The notes under the pieces were generated by a model. It was not told the DNA's origin, did not search any database, and was given only the letters and a program-made list of their open reading frames with translations. A program made the translations under genes and the position numbers. From Torpedo marmorata (Eukaryota): a DNA stretch of 64,000 nucleotides. The first letter of the stretch is position 1. The number at the start of each line of letters is the position of its first letter. The stretch covers positions 20,336,001 through 20,400,000 of the forward strand of contig OZ360241.1 in assembly GCA_977017645.1 (NCBI GenBank), read 5' to 3'. Positions 38,522 to 50,754 of this stretch are shown here, piece by piece.

Positions 38522-41500
38522 GAATAAGACCATAAGACCATACGGCCATGATATAGGAGCAGAAATAGGCCATTTGGCCCATTGAGTCCGCTCCGCCATT
38601 CCATCATGAGCTGATCCATTCTCCCACTCAGCCCCACTCCCCTGCCTTCTCCCCATAACGTTTGATTCCCTGACTATTCAGATAGCTATCAATCTCTGCC
38701 TTAAACACACCCAATGACTTAGCCTACAAGGCTGCCCATAGCAGAAAATTCCAGAGGTTAACTCTCTGGCTAAAGAAATTCCTCCTCATCTCTGTTTTAA
38801 ATGGGATCCCTTCAATCCTGAAGTTGTGCCCTCATGTTCTTGACTCCCCCACCATGGGAAACAACTTTGCCACATCTACTCTGTCCAGGCCTTTCAACAT
38901 TCGAAATGCTTCTATGAGGTCCCCCCCGCCCTCATCCTTCTGAACTCCATGGAGTACAGTCCAAGAGCCGTCAAATGTTCCTCATATGATAATCCCTTCA
39001 TTCCAGGAATCATTCTTGTTAATTTTCTCTGAACCCTCTCCATTGCCAGCACATCCTTTTTTAAATAACGAGCCCAAAACTGTACCCTGTACTCCAAGTG
39101 AGGCCTCACCAGTGCCTTATAAAGCCTTAACATCACATACCTCCTCATATCATATTCCTCTAGAAATGAATGCCAACATTGTATTCGCCTTCTTCACCAC
39201 CGACTCAACCCGGAGGTTATCCTTTAGGGTATCCTGCACGAGGACTCCCAAGTACCTTTGCACCTCCGAATTTTGAATTTTATTCCCATCCAAATAATAG
39301 TCTGCCCCTTTATTCCTTCTACCAAAGTTCATGACCGTACATTTTCCAACATTGCATTTCATTTGCCACTTCTTTGCCCATTCTCCTAATCTATCTAAGT
39401 CTGCAACCTGTCCATTTCCTCCTCACTACCTGCCCCTCCACATATCTTTGTATCATCTGCAAACTTAGCCACAAAGCCATTTATTCTGCAATCCACATCA
39501 TTAATATACAACATAAAAAGATGTGGCCCCAACACCGACCCCTGCGGTACACCACTGGTAACCGGTAGGCAACCAGAATAGGATCCCTTTATTCCCACTC
39601 TCTGTTTCCTGCTGATCAGCCAATGCTCTACCCATGCTAGTATCTTTCCTGTAATTGCATGGGCTATCATTTTGTGAAGCAGCCTCATGTGCGGCACCTT
39701 GTCAAAGGCCTTTTGAAAGTCCCAATGTACAACATCCTCTGCATCTCCTTTGTCTGCCTACTTGTGGTTTCCTCAAAAAAATTGCAGTAGGTTTGTCAGG
39801 CAAGATTTCCCCTTAAGGAAACTATGCTGATTTTGGCCTATCTTGTCATGCACCTCCAGGTACTCTGTAACCTCATCCTTGACAATCGACTCCAACAACT
39901 GATATTAGGCTAACAGGTCTATACTTTCCTTTCTGCTGCCTCCCTCCCTTTTTAAATAGCGGAGTGACCTTTGTAATTTTCCAGTCCTCTGGAACCATAC
40001 CAGAATCTTGATTCTTGGAAGATCACTACTAGTGCCTCCACAATCTCTAGCTACTTCTTTCAGAACCCGAGGGTGCATTCCATCTGGTCCGGGAGACTTA
40101 TTTATCTTTAGACCTTTCAGTTTCCCAAGCACTTTCTCTCTGGTGATCGTGACTGCACTCACCTCTCTTCCCTGACACCCTTGAAAGTCAGGTACACTGC
40201 TAATGTCTTCCACAGTGAAGACCGGTGCAAAATACTCATTCAGTTCCTCTGCCATCTCCTTGTCTCCCATTATAATTTATCCAGCGTCATTTTCTATTGG
40301 TCCTATATCTTCTCTTGTCTCTTTTTTACTTTTTATATGCTTAAAGAAGCTTTTAGTATCCTTCTTTGATATTATTTGCTCCTTTCAAAGTTCATCTTTC
40401 CCTTCCTAATGACCTTTTTAGTTGCCTTCTGTAAACTTTTAAAAGCTTAACAGTCCTCTCCCCACTAGTTTTTGCTTCTTTGTATGCCCTTTCTTTTGCC
40501 TTTATGTTGGCTTTGACTTCTCTTGTAAGCCACGGTTGTCATTTTTCCATTCAAATATTTCTTCTTTTTTGGAATGTACCTGTCCTGCACTTTCTTTATT
40601 TCTCACAGAAACTCCAGCCATTGCTGCTCTGCCGTTCTCCCTGCTCATGTGCCTTTCCAATCAACTTGCCAGTTCCTCTCTCATACCTCTCTGGTCCCCT
40701 TTATTCCACTGGCAGTCTGACACCTCTGATTTTAGTTTCTCCCTCTCAAACTGCAGGGCGAATTCTATCATATTATGATCACTGCCTCCTAAGGGTTCCC
40801 TTACCTTCATCTCTCTTATCTTTCTTTCTTTTCCAATCTTTTTATTGAATTAAGCACACACAAAAAAACATAGTATATAGAATACGAAGTTACAGATTAT
40901 AAATCAAACGGATATACATCCTAAACAAACAGAGATTGATACCCCACAGCTCTATAGTTCGGTTAATAAAAACAGTAGAAAAGATATATATCCTAAACTA
41001 TCTAACTAATACTAAACTAAGTTAGGTTATCTAACCCCCTAACCTAATAGAGAAAAAAGAAAATTAAAAATTAGTTGGGATGCCTTAGAACAATAAAATT
41101 CAGTAATAAACAACAAAATGTTCTGTTACATAAATGAAAATAGTTAACATGAAAGGAAAACAATAATAAAACATATCGTATTAAAGCAGGTTTAAGAATC
41201 ATGAAAAAAATTCATGAACAGGCACCACATTCTATTAAACTTAATATCGGTATCAGTTATAGCACATCTAATCTTCTCTAAATTTAAAAAAGATAAAGTT
41301 TTGCACATCCACTGGACATAGGTAGGCAGAATGGAATCTTTCCACCTAAGCAAAATAGATCTTCTAGCCATAAGTGTCGTGAATGCTATAACATGGTGAT
41401 CAGATGGTGACCAATGTATATCTTCCATCAACACTCCAAATAGGGCCGTAATTGGATTCGGCTGTAAGTTAACAGCTAAAATTGTAGATAAAGTATTGAA

Positions 41501-42530
41501 AATTTCTTTCCAATAAGATTCCAACGCCGGGCAACCCCAAAATAAATGGGCTAATGATGCCACCCCGTTACTACACCTGTCGCAACGAGGGTTGACATCT
41601 GGAAATATACGTGCCAGTTTATCTTTAGACATGTGTGCCCTGTGTACAACCTTAAATTGGATGAGTGAGTGACGGGCGCAGATTGAGGATGTGTTAACAA
41701 GTTTAAAAATCCTTTCCCACAAATCGTCAGGAATAGTTAATTGTAAATCCTGTTCCCATGCTCTTTTGATCTTATCAATTGGAACCAGACGTAATTTCGA
41801 TATAATATCATAAATGTGAGCAATTAAGCCCTTCTGGGAGGGAAGCAAAAGAAAAATTACATCCATAACATCTACCTCCTGAGCATGTGGAAAAGTTATT
41901 AATTGGGTATTCAAAAAATTCATAATCTGCAAATACCTAAAAATTTGTGAATTTGGAAGATTAAATTTAGTAGATAGTTGCTCAAAAGACATGACACAAC
42001 CATCAACAAATAGATCTCGAAAGCAAGCTCCCTTTATCAACTCTGGTTCATTTCACAGTCCCCAATCCAGAATTGCCATTTCCCTGGTTGGCTCAGCCAC
42101 AAGCTGTTCTAAGAAGCCATCTCATAGGCATTCTACAAATTCTCTCTCTTGAGATCCAGTCCCAACCTGGTTTTCCCAATCTACTTGCATGTTAAAATGT
42201 GCAAATTCTATTTGCTGTTGTAATTTGTTGTCCACATCCTGGGTACTGTTTGGAGGTTTGTATATAACTGCCAACAGTGTCTTTTTACCCTTCCCATTTC
42301 TTAACTCAACCCACAATGATTCTAGATCTTCTGATTCTATGTCACCTCTTTCTAATGATTTAATGTTATTCCTTACTTACAGAGCCACGCCACCCCCTCT
42401 GCGTACCTGCCTATCCTTTCGATACACTGTGTATTCTTGGACATTCAGCTCCCAATGACATCCATTCTTTAGCCACGACTCCGTGATGGCCACAACATCA
42501 TACCTGCCTATCTGGAGCTGTACCACAAGG
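38522..42530 (-). mobile_element. Older CR1 LINE ORF2, split by an L1 insertion
   Basis: ORFs 38912..40270 and 42122..42628 with CR1 motifs (KFADD, KSPGPDG, ITESWL). (TATGGTCT)n tail at about 38525. Confidence 0.88.
40818..42030 (-). mobile_element. L1-clade LINE 3' end (ORF2 C-terminal zinc knuckle region + 3' UTR)
   Basis: ORF 41192..42040 (FRYLQI, IQFKVVHR, CDRC..HLFWGC). AATAAA and an A-rich tail at about 40820-40846. Confidence 0.88.
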
Positions 42531-43219
42531 TCCATATAACCATATAACCATATAACATTTACAGCACAGAAACAGGCCAGTTCGGCCCTTCGAGTCCATG
42601 CCGAACACATTCTCCCACCTAGTCCCACTGACCCGCACCCGGCCCATAACCCTCCACACCTCTCTCGTCCATATACCTATCCAACTTTTCCTTAAGCATT
42701 AAAATTGAACCTGCATCTACCACTTCGGCCATTTTATTTCTTAAGCTGCATGCATAAGATGACCTATCAGCTGTCCCTACTTGTGTGCAAACTGTCTCTT
42801 CCCGCAGCGTTAAGACCCATAAAGTGTTTCGGCTTGAGACATCCACCATTCTTTTTCTCCCACAGATTTTGCCTAGCTTCAAATTCCAGCATCTTCAGCC
42901 TTTACATTGATAGCTTGATCTTCACTGCATTTGTTCCCACTGTCGGAGCTAGCCTGTTTTGTGTAACAGAGAGTCACTGGCTGTCAATTGTGTGGATGAC
43001 CTGCCCGACAGGCCTCATCTGTTCAGGTGCTAATCTTTAGACTCTTACAGGTTTCTCTCATCACTACTGACTCAGCTAATCCTTGCTCTGTGTTACATGA
43101 GCTCAGCACAAGGTTTCTTGGAGCTGAGATGAGATTGCTTTTTAATTGCATTGAGTGGAGCATTGTCTTTCAATTCCTGGATGCAGACAACCAATTCCAA
43201 AGAAAACGAATGATTGAAT

Positions 43220-45560
43220 GGTTTATTGTCATAAAAGTGCAATGTGCAGATGCAATGAAAGACTTACTTGCTGCAGCTTCCCAAGTTCATGCAGCACATA
43301 AGAATAGAAAAAAGATCGTGGTATAAAAGGAAGAAAAAATAAATAGTAATAGTTACAGGTGGTCGAAGTGCAGAAAAATGTGCTGAATCAGTCGTGCAGA
43401 CTGACCTTTGATAATCCTGAAATAGTCTTATGGCTGGGGTAGTGCAGGAAGATTCAAGAGCCTAATACTGTAGCTATTGGAAAGAAACTGTTCTGGAACC
43501 TAGAGGTGCTGGTCTTCAGGTTTCCGTACCTTCTGCCTGAAGGTAGCAGTGAGAAGAGGTTGTGACCAGGGTGATGAGGGTCCTTTATGATGTTGGCTGC
43601 CTTCTTGAGGCAACGCCTCGATGGATGGGAGGTAGGTGCCCGTGATGGACTTGGTGAGGTTTGCCACTTTCTGCAGCCTTCTGCGTTCCGGGGCACTCAT
43701 GTTTCCAAACCAGTCCGTGATGCAACCAGTCAGTGTACTTTTCACAGTGCACTGAAGTTTGGTAGCATATTCAATGACATGCCAAATCTCTTCAAACTCC
43801 TGAGAAAGTAGAGGCATTGGTGTACCTTCTTCACAGTTGTCTTGATATGCTGGTCCCAGGAGAGGTCTTCTGATATGTGGAAACCCAGGAACGTGAAGCC
43901 ATGAATCCTCTCCACTCTCATCCCAACAATGAAGACGGGTGCATGGTCCCTTGCCCTCCCCTTCCGAAGGTTCACAATTATCTCCTTGCTCTTACTGACA
44001 TCGAGGGCAAGATTGTTGTTCTGGCATCACACAACCAGATTCCCAATCTCCATCCTATATTCTGACTCATCATTACCTGTTACTCGGCCAACAATGGTGG
44101 TGGTGTCAGCGAATATACATATTGCCTTAGAGCCAATTTTGCCCTAACAGTCATAAGTGTAGAGGAAATAGAGCAGGGAACTAAACACACATCCTTGAGG
44201 TGCCCCTGTGTTGATGGTCAGTTGGGAGGAAGTGAATGAACATAGAACAAAGAGCATTATAGCACAGAAAATGCCTTATATGCCTTCAGCCCAAATGTTG
44301 TGCCGACCTATATAAACTTACTCCACAAGAATGTAACTCTTCCCTACCTCACACCCATAATCCTCTATTTTTCTTACATCCATTTGCCTATCTAAGTCTT
44401 TTAAATGTCCCTATTGCACAAGCCTCCACCACCACCCCCGGCAATGCATTCCAGGCACCCACCACTCTTTGTGTACAAAACTTACCTCTGATGCCTCCAC
44501 TAAACTTTCCTCCACTCACGCTAACACAGGTCCTCTGGTATTTGTTATTGTCACCTCGGGAAAAAGATAAAGATATATAAAGGTGCTGGCTGATCATCCG
44601 ATTCAAGCCCCTCATAATCTTATATGCCTCTTATTATGTCACCTCTCATCCTTTGTCGCTTCAATGAAAAAAGCCCTTGCTTGGTCAACCTTGATGTTGC
44701 CGTTCTGCACTGATTGGGGTCTGCTGATGAGGGTGTTCAGGATCCAGTTTCAACGTAAGGATCCCTGATCCCTGAGTTTGGTTATCAGTTTCTATGGTGT
44801 TAAATGTCAAGCTATAGTCAATGAACAACAGCCTGGTGTAGGTGTTCTTCTGGTCCAACGTAGAGTGGAGGGCTAGCGAGATGGCATCTGCTGTTGACCT
44901 GTTGTGATGGTAGGTGAATTGAAGAGGGCCTGGGACCTTCCTGAGGCAGGAGTTGATTTGGACCATAAACAACCTCTGAAGGTACCTCATCATGATGGAA
45001 GCAAGTACCACCGGCCAGTAGTCACTGAGGTATATCACCTTGCCCTTCTTGGGCACTGTTATCATGAATGTCTTTTTGAAGCAGGTGGGGACCTCAGACC
45101 AGAGCAATTTCCATGGCGTGAGAACTCCAGCCAGTGGTCCCGCACTGGTTTTAAGGACACGACCAGGTATGCTGTCTAGGTCTGGCGCTTTCCTGAAGGT
45201 TCTTCTCACGTTGGCCTCAGTGACTGGGAGCACAGAGACGACGGGGCTGCAAGGGCTTGGGAGAGCGCATCATTACATTCATTTCATGAACCAAGCGTGG
45301 AGCATGTTTAGCTTGCCAAATGTGCGTTTGCAGTCAGTGATGCCACCCAGTTTTGCCTTGGAGGGAATGATGGCGTGCAACCCCACCACTGGTGCTGAGC
45401 GTCTGCCTGAGACACCAGCTTCATCCGGAATTTTCTGCCTTGGTAATGGCTTTCTGCAGGACGTACCTGGACTACCCACCCACCTCCGAATCCCGTGATT
45501 GAACCGCCATGAATCTGCTCCTCAGTAGGTTGAGGGTCTCCTGATCTTCTGGCCACCATT
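43220..45560 (-). mobile_element. Rex1-type LINE fragments with a nested CR1 3' end (about 44240-44690)
   Basis: ORFs 43454..43975 and 44685..45233 carry RT motifs. Confidence 0.8.
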
Positions 45561-46374
45561 TAAAAGCTACCATGTTACATTTCACACCCGAACCTCCTAC
45601 TTTCTGCACACTGACCTCTCACAATCAGCTGGGGAATCAGGTCAGACTCTGAGCTCCTGGAGTGAGGTGATGTGATGTAGGAGACGTTACCTGTAGGCAT
45701 CTCCCTGGCGTAGAGGTACGTTCCAAGATGTGTGGCAGTACAATTCCTCCTAATGCAAGGCTGCTACAGGGCAGTTGATGGAAATCCGAAACAAGAACAG
45801 AGAAAGATACAGAGAGAGAGAGAGAACAAAACATAAGATAATGAAGGAACTCAGCAGGTCCTAATGCAAGGTCTTGTCCTGAAACAATTAACCATCCCTT
45901 TCCCACCATGGAATGCTGCCTGACCTGCTGAGTTGGTCCAGCAGTTTACCTTTTTGGTCCAGATTCCAAAACCTGCAGTCCCTTGTGTTTCAGAGATTGA
46001 AACGGGGCTAACTGCAGATCCTTCTTCAAGGAAGGCATGGAAATTGGGATTATCCCACAACCTCACGGGGAGGCATCAGGGAATGAGTGAGGATGAGGGG
46101 GTGAGGAGAAGGGTGAGGGAGTGGGGAAGGAGAAGGGATGTAGAGAGAGGAAAGAGGAGTTGGGGAGGGGAGTGTGGTGGGGAGGTGAGGGGGGTGTGGA
46201 GAGAGGAGTGAGAGGGGATGGGTTGAGGTGGCAGGTGAGGCTGGGGAGAGGGTTCAGGGTGCAGAGAGCATGAGGGGTTAGGGATCCTCTGTCAGAGCCT
46301 GATCATAAGAAACTGCTCTCGTTAAGTTTGATCAATGGTGTGTTCGATCAAACGGCTGTTGTGAAACTTAGATT

Positions 46375-46613
46375 GGCACGGTTAGCGTAGCAGTTAGCGC
46401 AACACTATTACTGCGCCAGCGACTCGGGTTCGAATCTGCCGCTGTCTGTAAGGAGTTTGCACGTTCTCCCCGTGTCTGTGTGGGTTTCCTCCAGGTGCTC
46501 CTGTTTCCTCCCACCCTCCAAGATGACTGGGATTGTAGGTTAATTGGGGCATTTGGGTGGCATGGGCTCGTGGGCCAGAAGGGCCTTTTACCGTGCTGTA
46601 TGTCTAAAAAAAA
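46375..46613 (+). mobile_element. HE1-like SINE
   Basis: A/B boxes, V-domain, tail and A-run. Confidence 0.85.
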
Positions 46614-46954
46614 TACATTTCATGTGTATCAGTAACAAATTACAATTTAGGCTCACAAATAAGTGTTTTCATTTTGTAGATTCAACTACCTCTACAAACA
46701 GGGAAGATGTCACAGTACTTGGCAAACGTTTTTCAAGAAATTACAATGATTTCAGTGCCAGCTGAATACAAGTGTTCCTGGATGTGTGGTTACCCGGACA
46801 GTTTAACGGACTCATAGGAGCAAGAACTTGGGCCTATGTTGGCCACTGATCTTGAAGCAGGCTTGCCACACTAAAAGTAATGTCCGTGCTTTGCACTCAG
46901 TGGAATATTTGCCTGGCTGGAGCCCAGTTCCAGGCCAAGGGCTCAGGAAGTGAA

Positions 46955-47675
46955 ACAAGAAAGGCTGCAGACATTGTTATTACACAAAAGAACTGGAGAA
47001 ACTCAGCAGGTCTTGCAGCGTCCATAGGAGGCAAAAGTATATAACCAACATTTCGGGCCTTAGCCCTTCGTCAAGGTATGAGCAAAAAGCAGGCAGGTGC
47101 CTGAATAAAAAGGTGTGGGAAGAGAGAAGAAGGAGCAGGGGGAGGAGCACAGGCCAACATCCAAGAGGTGGACATGGATAGGAGGGCAGGAGAGAAAAGC
47201 TGAGAATTGATCTGGGGAGGGGCTATCTCTGTGAATGCAGAGCTGTAGGAAAGGAGACAGAGGGATAGGGAAACAGATGGGGTGGGGGGCTAACGGAAAA
47301 TGGAGAAGTCAATGTTAGTGCCATCCAGTTGGAGGGTGCCCAGATGGAATATGAGGTGTTGTTCCTCCAATTTGCAGGTGGTCTCAGTCTGGCAGTGCAA
47401 GAGACCACAGACAGACATGTCGGCAAGGGAATGGGGTGGGGAATTGAAACGGGTGGCCACTGGAAGATGCCCACTATTGCGGCGGATAGAGCCAAGGGGC
47501 TCAACAAAGCGATCTCCCAGTCTGCGCCCAGTCTCTCCGATGTAGAGGAGACCACAACGGGAGCACCAGATTCAGTAGATGACCCCTGCAGATTCACAAG
47601 TGAAGTGTTGCTTCACTTGGAAGGGCTGTTTTGGGCTCCGAATGGTGATGAGGGAGGATGTGTGGACGTAAGTGT
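46955..47675 (-). mobile_element. Penelope-like element 3' part (GIY-YIG + tail)
   Basis: Homologous to 57095-57830. Hammerhead-like TTGACGAAGGGCTAAGGCCCGAAA at about 47050-47075. Confidence 0.85.
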
Positions 47676-48456
47676 AGCATTTGAACTCAGCAAGCGGTGT
47701 TGGGTTTTACCGTCACGCAGACTTGTGTGAGAAGATGTTATCTCTTGCCCCAAAGGCATCAGATCAATTTCCCATGCTGTTAGGGAATGGCCCAGCAGAT
47801 TATGATGTTTCTGAGTTCTGGCAAATGGTAGAGCCTCACTCCATGTTCGGGTTAGAATTCGGAACCTCTGAGTCAGCTGTGAATGTCATTCCACGCAGTG
47901 CCTCTTTCCCACATCACAGTTTGAAGGTACTTTATTAGCCAGAGCAGTCTTGTACTGTAAATCTTGGGAGCTAGTCCAGACACCAAATTTCCGGAACCTT
48001 CAGTGGAACAGACTAAGTACAAAGCATCTTCACTACAGCGAGCCATGTAGGTACAAACCAAAACAATGGTGAAATGATATTTCATCAATCTGGCAGCCCC
48101 TGGGGAAACATCAGCAATAATTTTTACAATAAGGTGCCTTGTTGATTCAGGGCTTGTGACAGGGTCCCAGAATAGGCTGTTCACTCTGCGATGAGCCCAC
48201 AGTTGGAGTATTGCCTACTGTTCTGGTCACCACACTGCTGCAAGAACATGACTGTGCTGGAAAGAATGCAGAGAAGATTCACCAGGAAGCTGCCTGGGAT
48301 GGAGTTTTCCACTGATGATGAGAGTGGAGAGGCCGGGATTGTGTTGTTGGGAGTGGGGAAGGATGTGGGAGGGTGGGGCTGATCGAGTGCTCAGGTTAGG
48401 TAGATAGAAGCAAAATTTACCCCAGAACAGGTGTCCAAAGCTAGATAAGGGGTAGG

Positions 48457-48792
48457 AAACAAAAACACAACGCTGGAGAAACTCAGCAGGTCAAACAGTG
48501 TACTTTATATAGCAAAAGATAAAGATACATAACCAACATTTCCGGCTTGAGCCCTTCATCAACGTATGAGCAAAATGTAGGCAGGCACTCGAACAAAATG
48601 GTGCCTCCCATCCCCCCTCCATTTTGTTTGGGCTCCTGCCTACATTTTGCTCATACCTTGAAGGGCTCAAGCCCTAAATTTTGGTTATGTATCTTTATCT
48701 TTGCTATATAAAGTACACTGTTTGACCAGCTGAGTTTCTCCAGAATTGTATTTTTACCAATCACGGTGTCTGTAGACTTTCGTATTTTACTC
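48457..48792. mobile_element. Fold-back element made of two inverted Penelope tails
   Basis: Arms at about 48461-48600 and 48620-48755 are reverse complements around a ~20-nt spacer. TSD AAGGGGTAG at 48448-48456 and 48793-48801. Confidence 0.85.
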
Positions 48793-49704
48793 AAGGGGTA
48801 GAAAGCATAAAGACTGGGGTGATACTGATGAAATTAGGGGCTGTTAATTAATATTTTTAACAGCACTATCAAGTCAGAGTTCTGTGGGGATCTTAGATCT
48901 TACAAAGAATGGGGTGGGGAATTGAAACGGGTGGCCACTGGAAGATGCCCGCTATTGCAGCGGATAGAGCAAAGGGACTCATCAAAGCGATCTCCCAGTC
49001 TGCGCCCAGTCTCTCTGATGTAGAGGAGACCACAACGGGAGCACCGGATTCAGTTGATGACCCCTGCAGATTCACAAGTGAATGCTGCTTCACTTGGAAG
49101 GGCTGTTTGGGGCCCCGAATGGTGTGTTGGGTTTCACTGTCTCGCAGACTTGTGTGAGAAGATGTCATCTCTTGCCCCAAAGGCATCAGATCAATTTCCC
49201 ATGCTGTTAGGGAAAGGCCCAGCAGATTATGATGTTTCTGAGGTGGCGATTTCTCTCTTTACCAATGTTTGAGTGGCTTTGAGCAACTAAGATAATAGAA
49301 ATAATACTGAGACCTTTATACACACAAGGTTTTGAACCAAAACCTCAGTCTTCTTGGTGGTAAATGGCTCACCTCAATATGACACTGAGGTTTTAAAATG
49401 CTGCCTGAAATGTCAGGTTTGTGTGCAGGCTGTATGATGATATACTCCCCTCAGCTAATGTAGTCACAGATTCATGAGGAGAAAGCCTGGGGCTCTGTCC
49501 TGTGGCCTCAAAAAACCCAGTGTTCAAGCAATAGGATTCATTTTTTTAACGATTATCACCCCTTTCCCTCGTTCCATTCCTTGTTCCCGAGGGCCTGTAT
49601 CCCTCCATCACCTTCATATTGCCCGCACGGATGGGTCAGTAGAGAAGCCCCTCATCTAAACCAATCACATTTCCCCTCTCGCTCAGCTGTTCCCAGGTAT
49701 GATA

Positions 49705-50621
49705 TGTTATGGACCATGACTGACAGTTTGGACTGCGGACGGTAAGCAGGAAGGATGAAGTTTTTTTGGAGTATACACTGGGACCTGGTACTGAAAGAGT
49801 TAACTTGCCCAGGACTTCTTGTATTTACCAGAGACATCAGGGGGAGACAAACTGTGGAAAGGACACTTGGTGTAAAACTTTGGACAAAGAGCAGGCGGGA
49901 GAGAGTTTCTCTCTATTGTAAGGCCTAAAGGAAAATTAACTCAGTGGAAGTTTTGGAGTTGAAAAGGCGGGAGAACTCAGTAGGATCCAGGCCTGTGCAT
50001 CCCAAGAAGAAGTGGGGAGAATAGCACAGAGTCTCTTGAATCAGAAAAGTCCAGGCTTGTACATCCCAGAGAGAAAAGGCTGGGAGAAAAACAAGGCAGA
50101 ATCCTGAGTTGTGAAAACAGCTTTTGTGAGGAACCGGTTGTGAAATCCAAGTATACGCCTTAATCCAAAACGGATCTGAAGTCGCAATCCTTATGAAAAC
50201 ACAAGAAGGGAACGTCATCAGAGAAGAAAAGAAAGCCAAGTATTCGTAAGCATAAACAGTCATTGTCTCTCTCCAACGTTCATTCAGAAGTACTTCTACC
50301 AGCACACAGAGCTGAATTTGGAACCTGAATTTAGAGAGTGAATTTTTGTGGACTGTTATTTTTTTTTGACTGACTTGTTTTTATGACTGACCTGGCATTT
50401 TTGGGGAAAGTTTTTCCATTTTTACATGAGGGTTTGGCACAGACTGTAATGGTCTGGGCTTTACACACACACACCTTTTAGATAAGAATAGTGTTTATAG
50501 ACGTTTATAGTGGGGTTAATTGTTGTGAAATTATATGTTTAATTGTATTTAATAAATATAAATTTCAATTTTACCCCTTTTGCATTGCGTCTTCTGTCGT
50601 TGCTGGTTTGAGTTTGTAACA
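49705..50621 (+). mobile_element. 5' LTR of a Gypsy (Gmr1-like) retrotransposon
   Basis: TGTTA...TAACA termini, AATAAA near the 3' end, directly followed by a PBS. Collinear with the solo LTR at 5988-6897. Confidence 0.9.
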
Positions 50622-50625
50622 AAAT

Positions 50626-50638
50626 TGGGGGCTCGTCC
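50626..50638 (+). other. Primer-binding site complementary to the tRNA-Pro 3' end
   Basis: TGGGGGCTCGTCC, 4 nt after the LTR. These are the first 13 nt of the canonical tRNA-Pro PBS TGGGGGCTCGTCCGGGAT. Confidence 0.85.
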
Positions 50639-50754
50639 TTGGATTTGAATTAAAAATCCATCTTGGTAATTGAAGGAATCCCATTCTGGTTTAAGACATT
50701 CCTTTTGTAAAGCTAAGTAAAAGCAAGTGTGTGTGTAACGAAAAACCAGCAACA

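Noticed and set aside
42730-43200. Exon-like unique sequence here and at about 25830-26040, 46680-46830 and 62140-62380
   Set aside because: Some splice-like signals, but frames contain stops or lack recognisable homology, and no consistent chain could be built. DNASE2, GCDH and EPS15L1 motifs were looked for by eye and not found.
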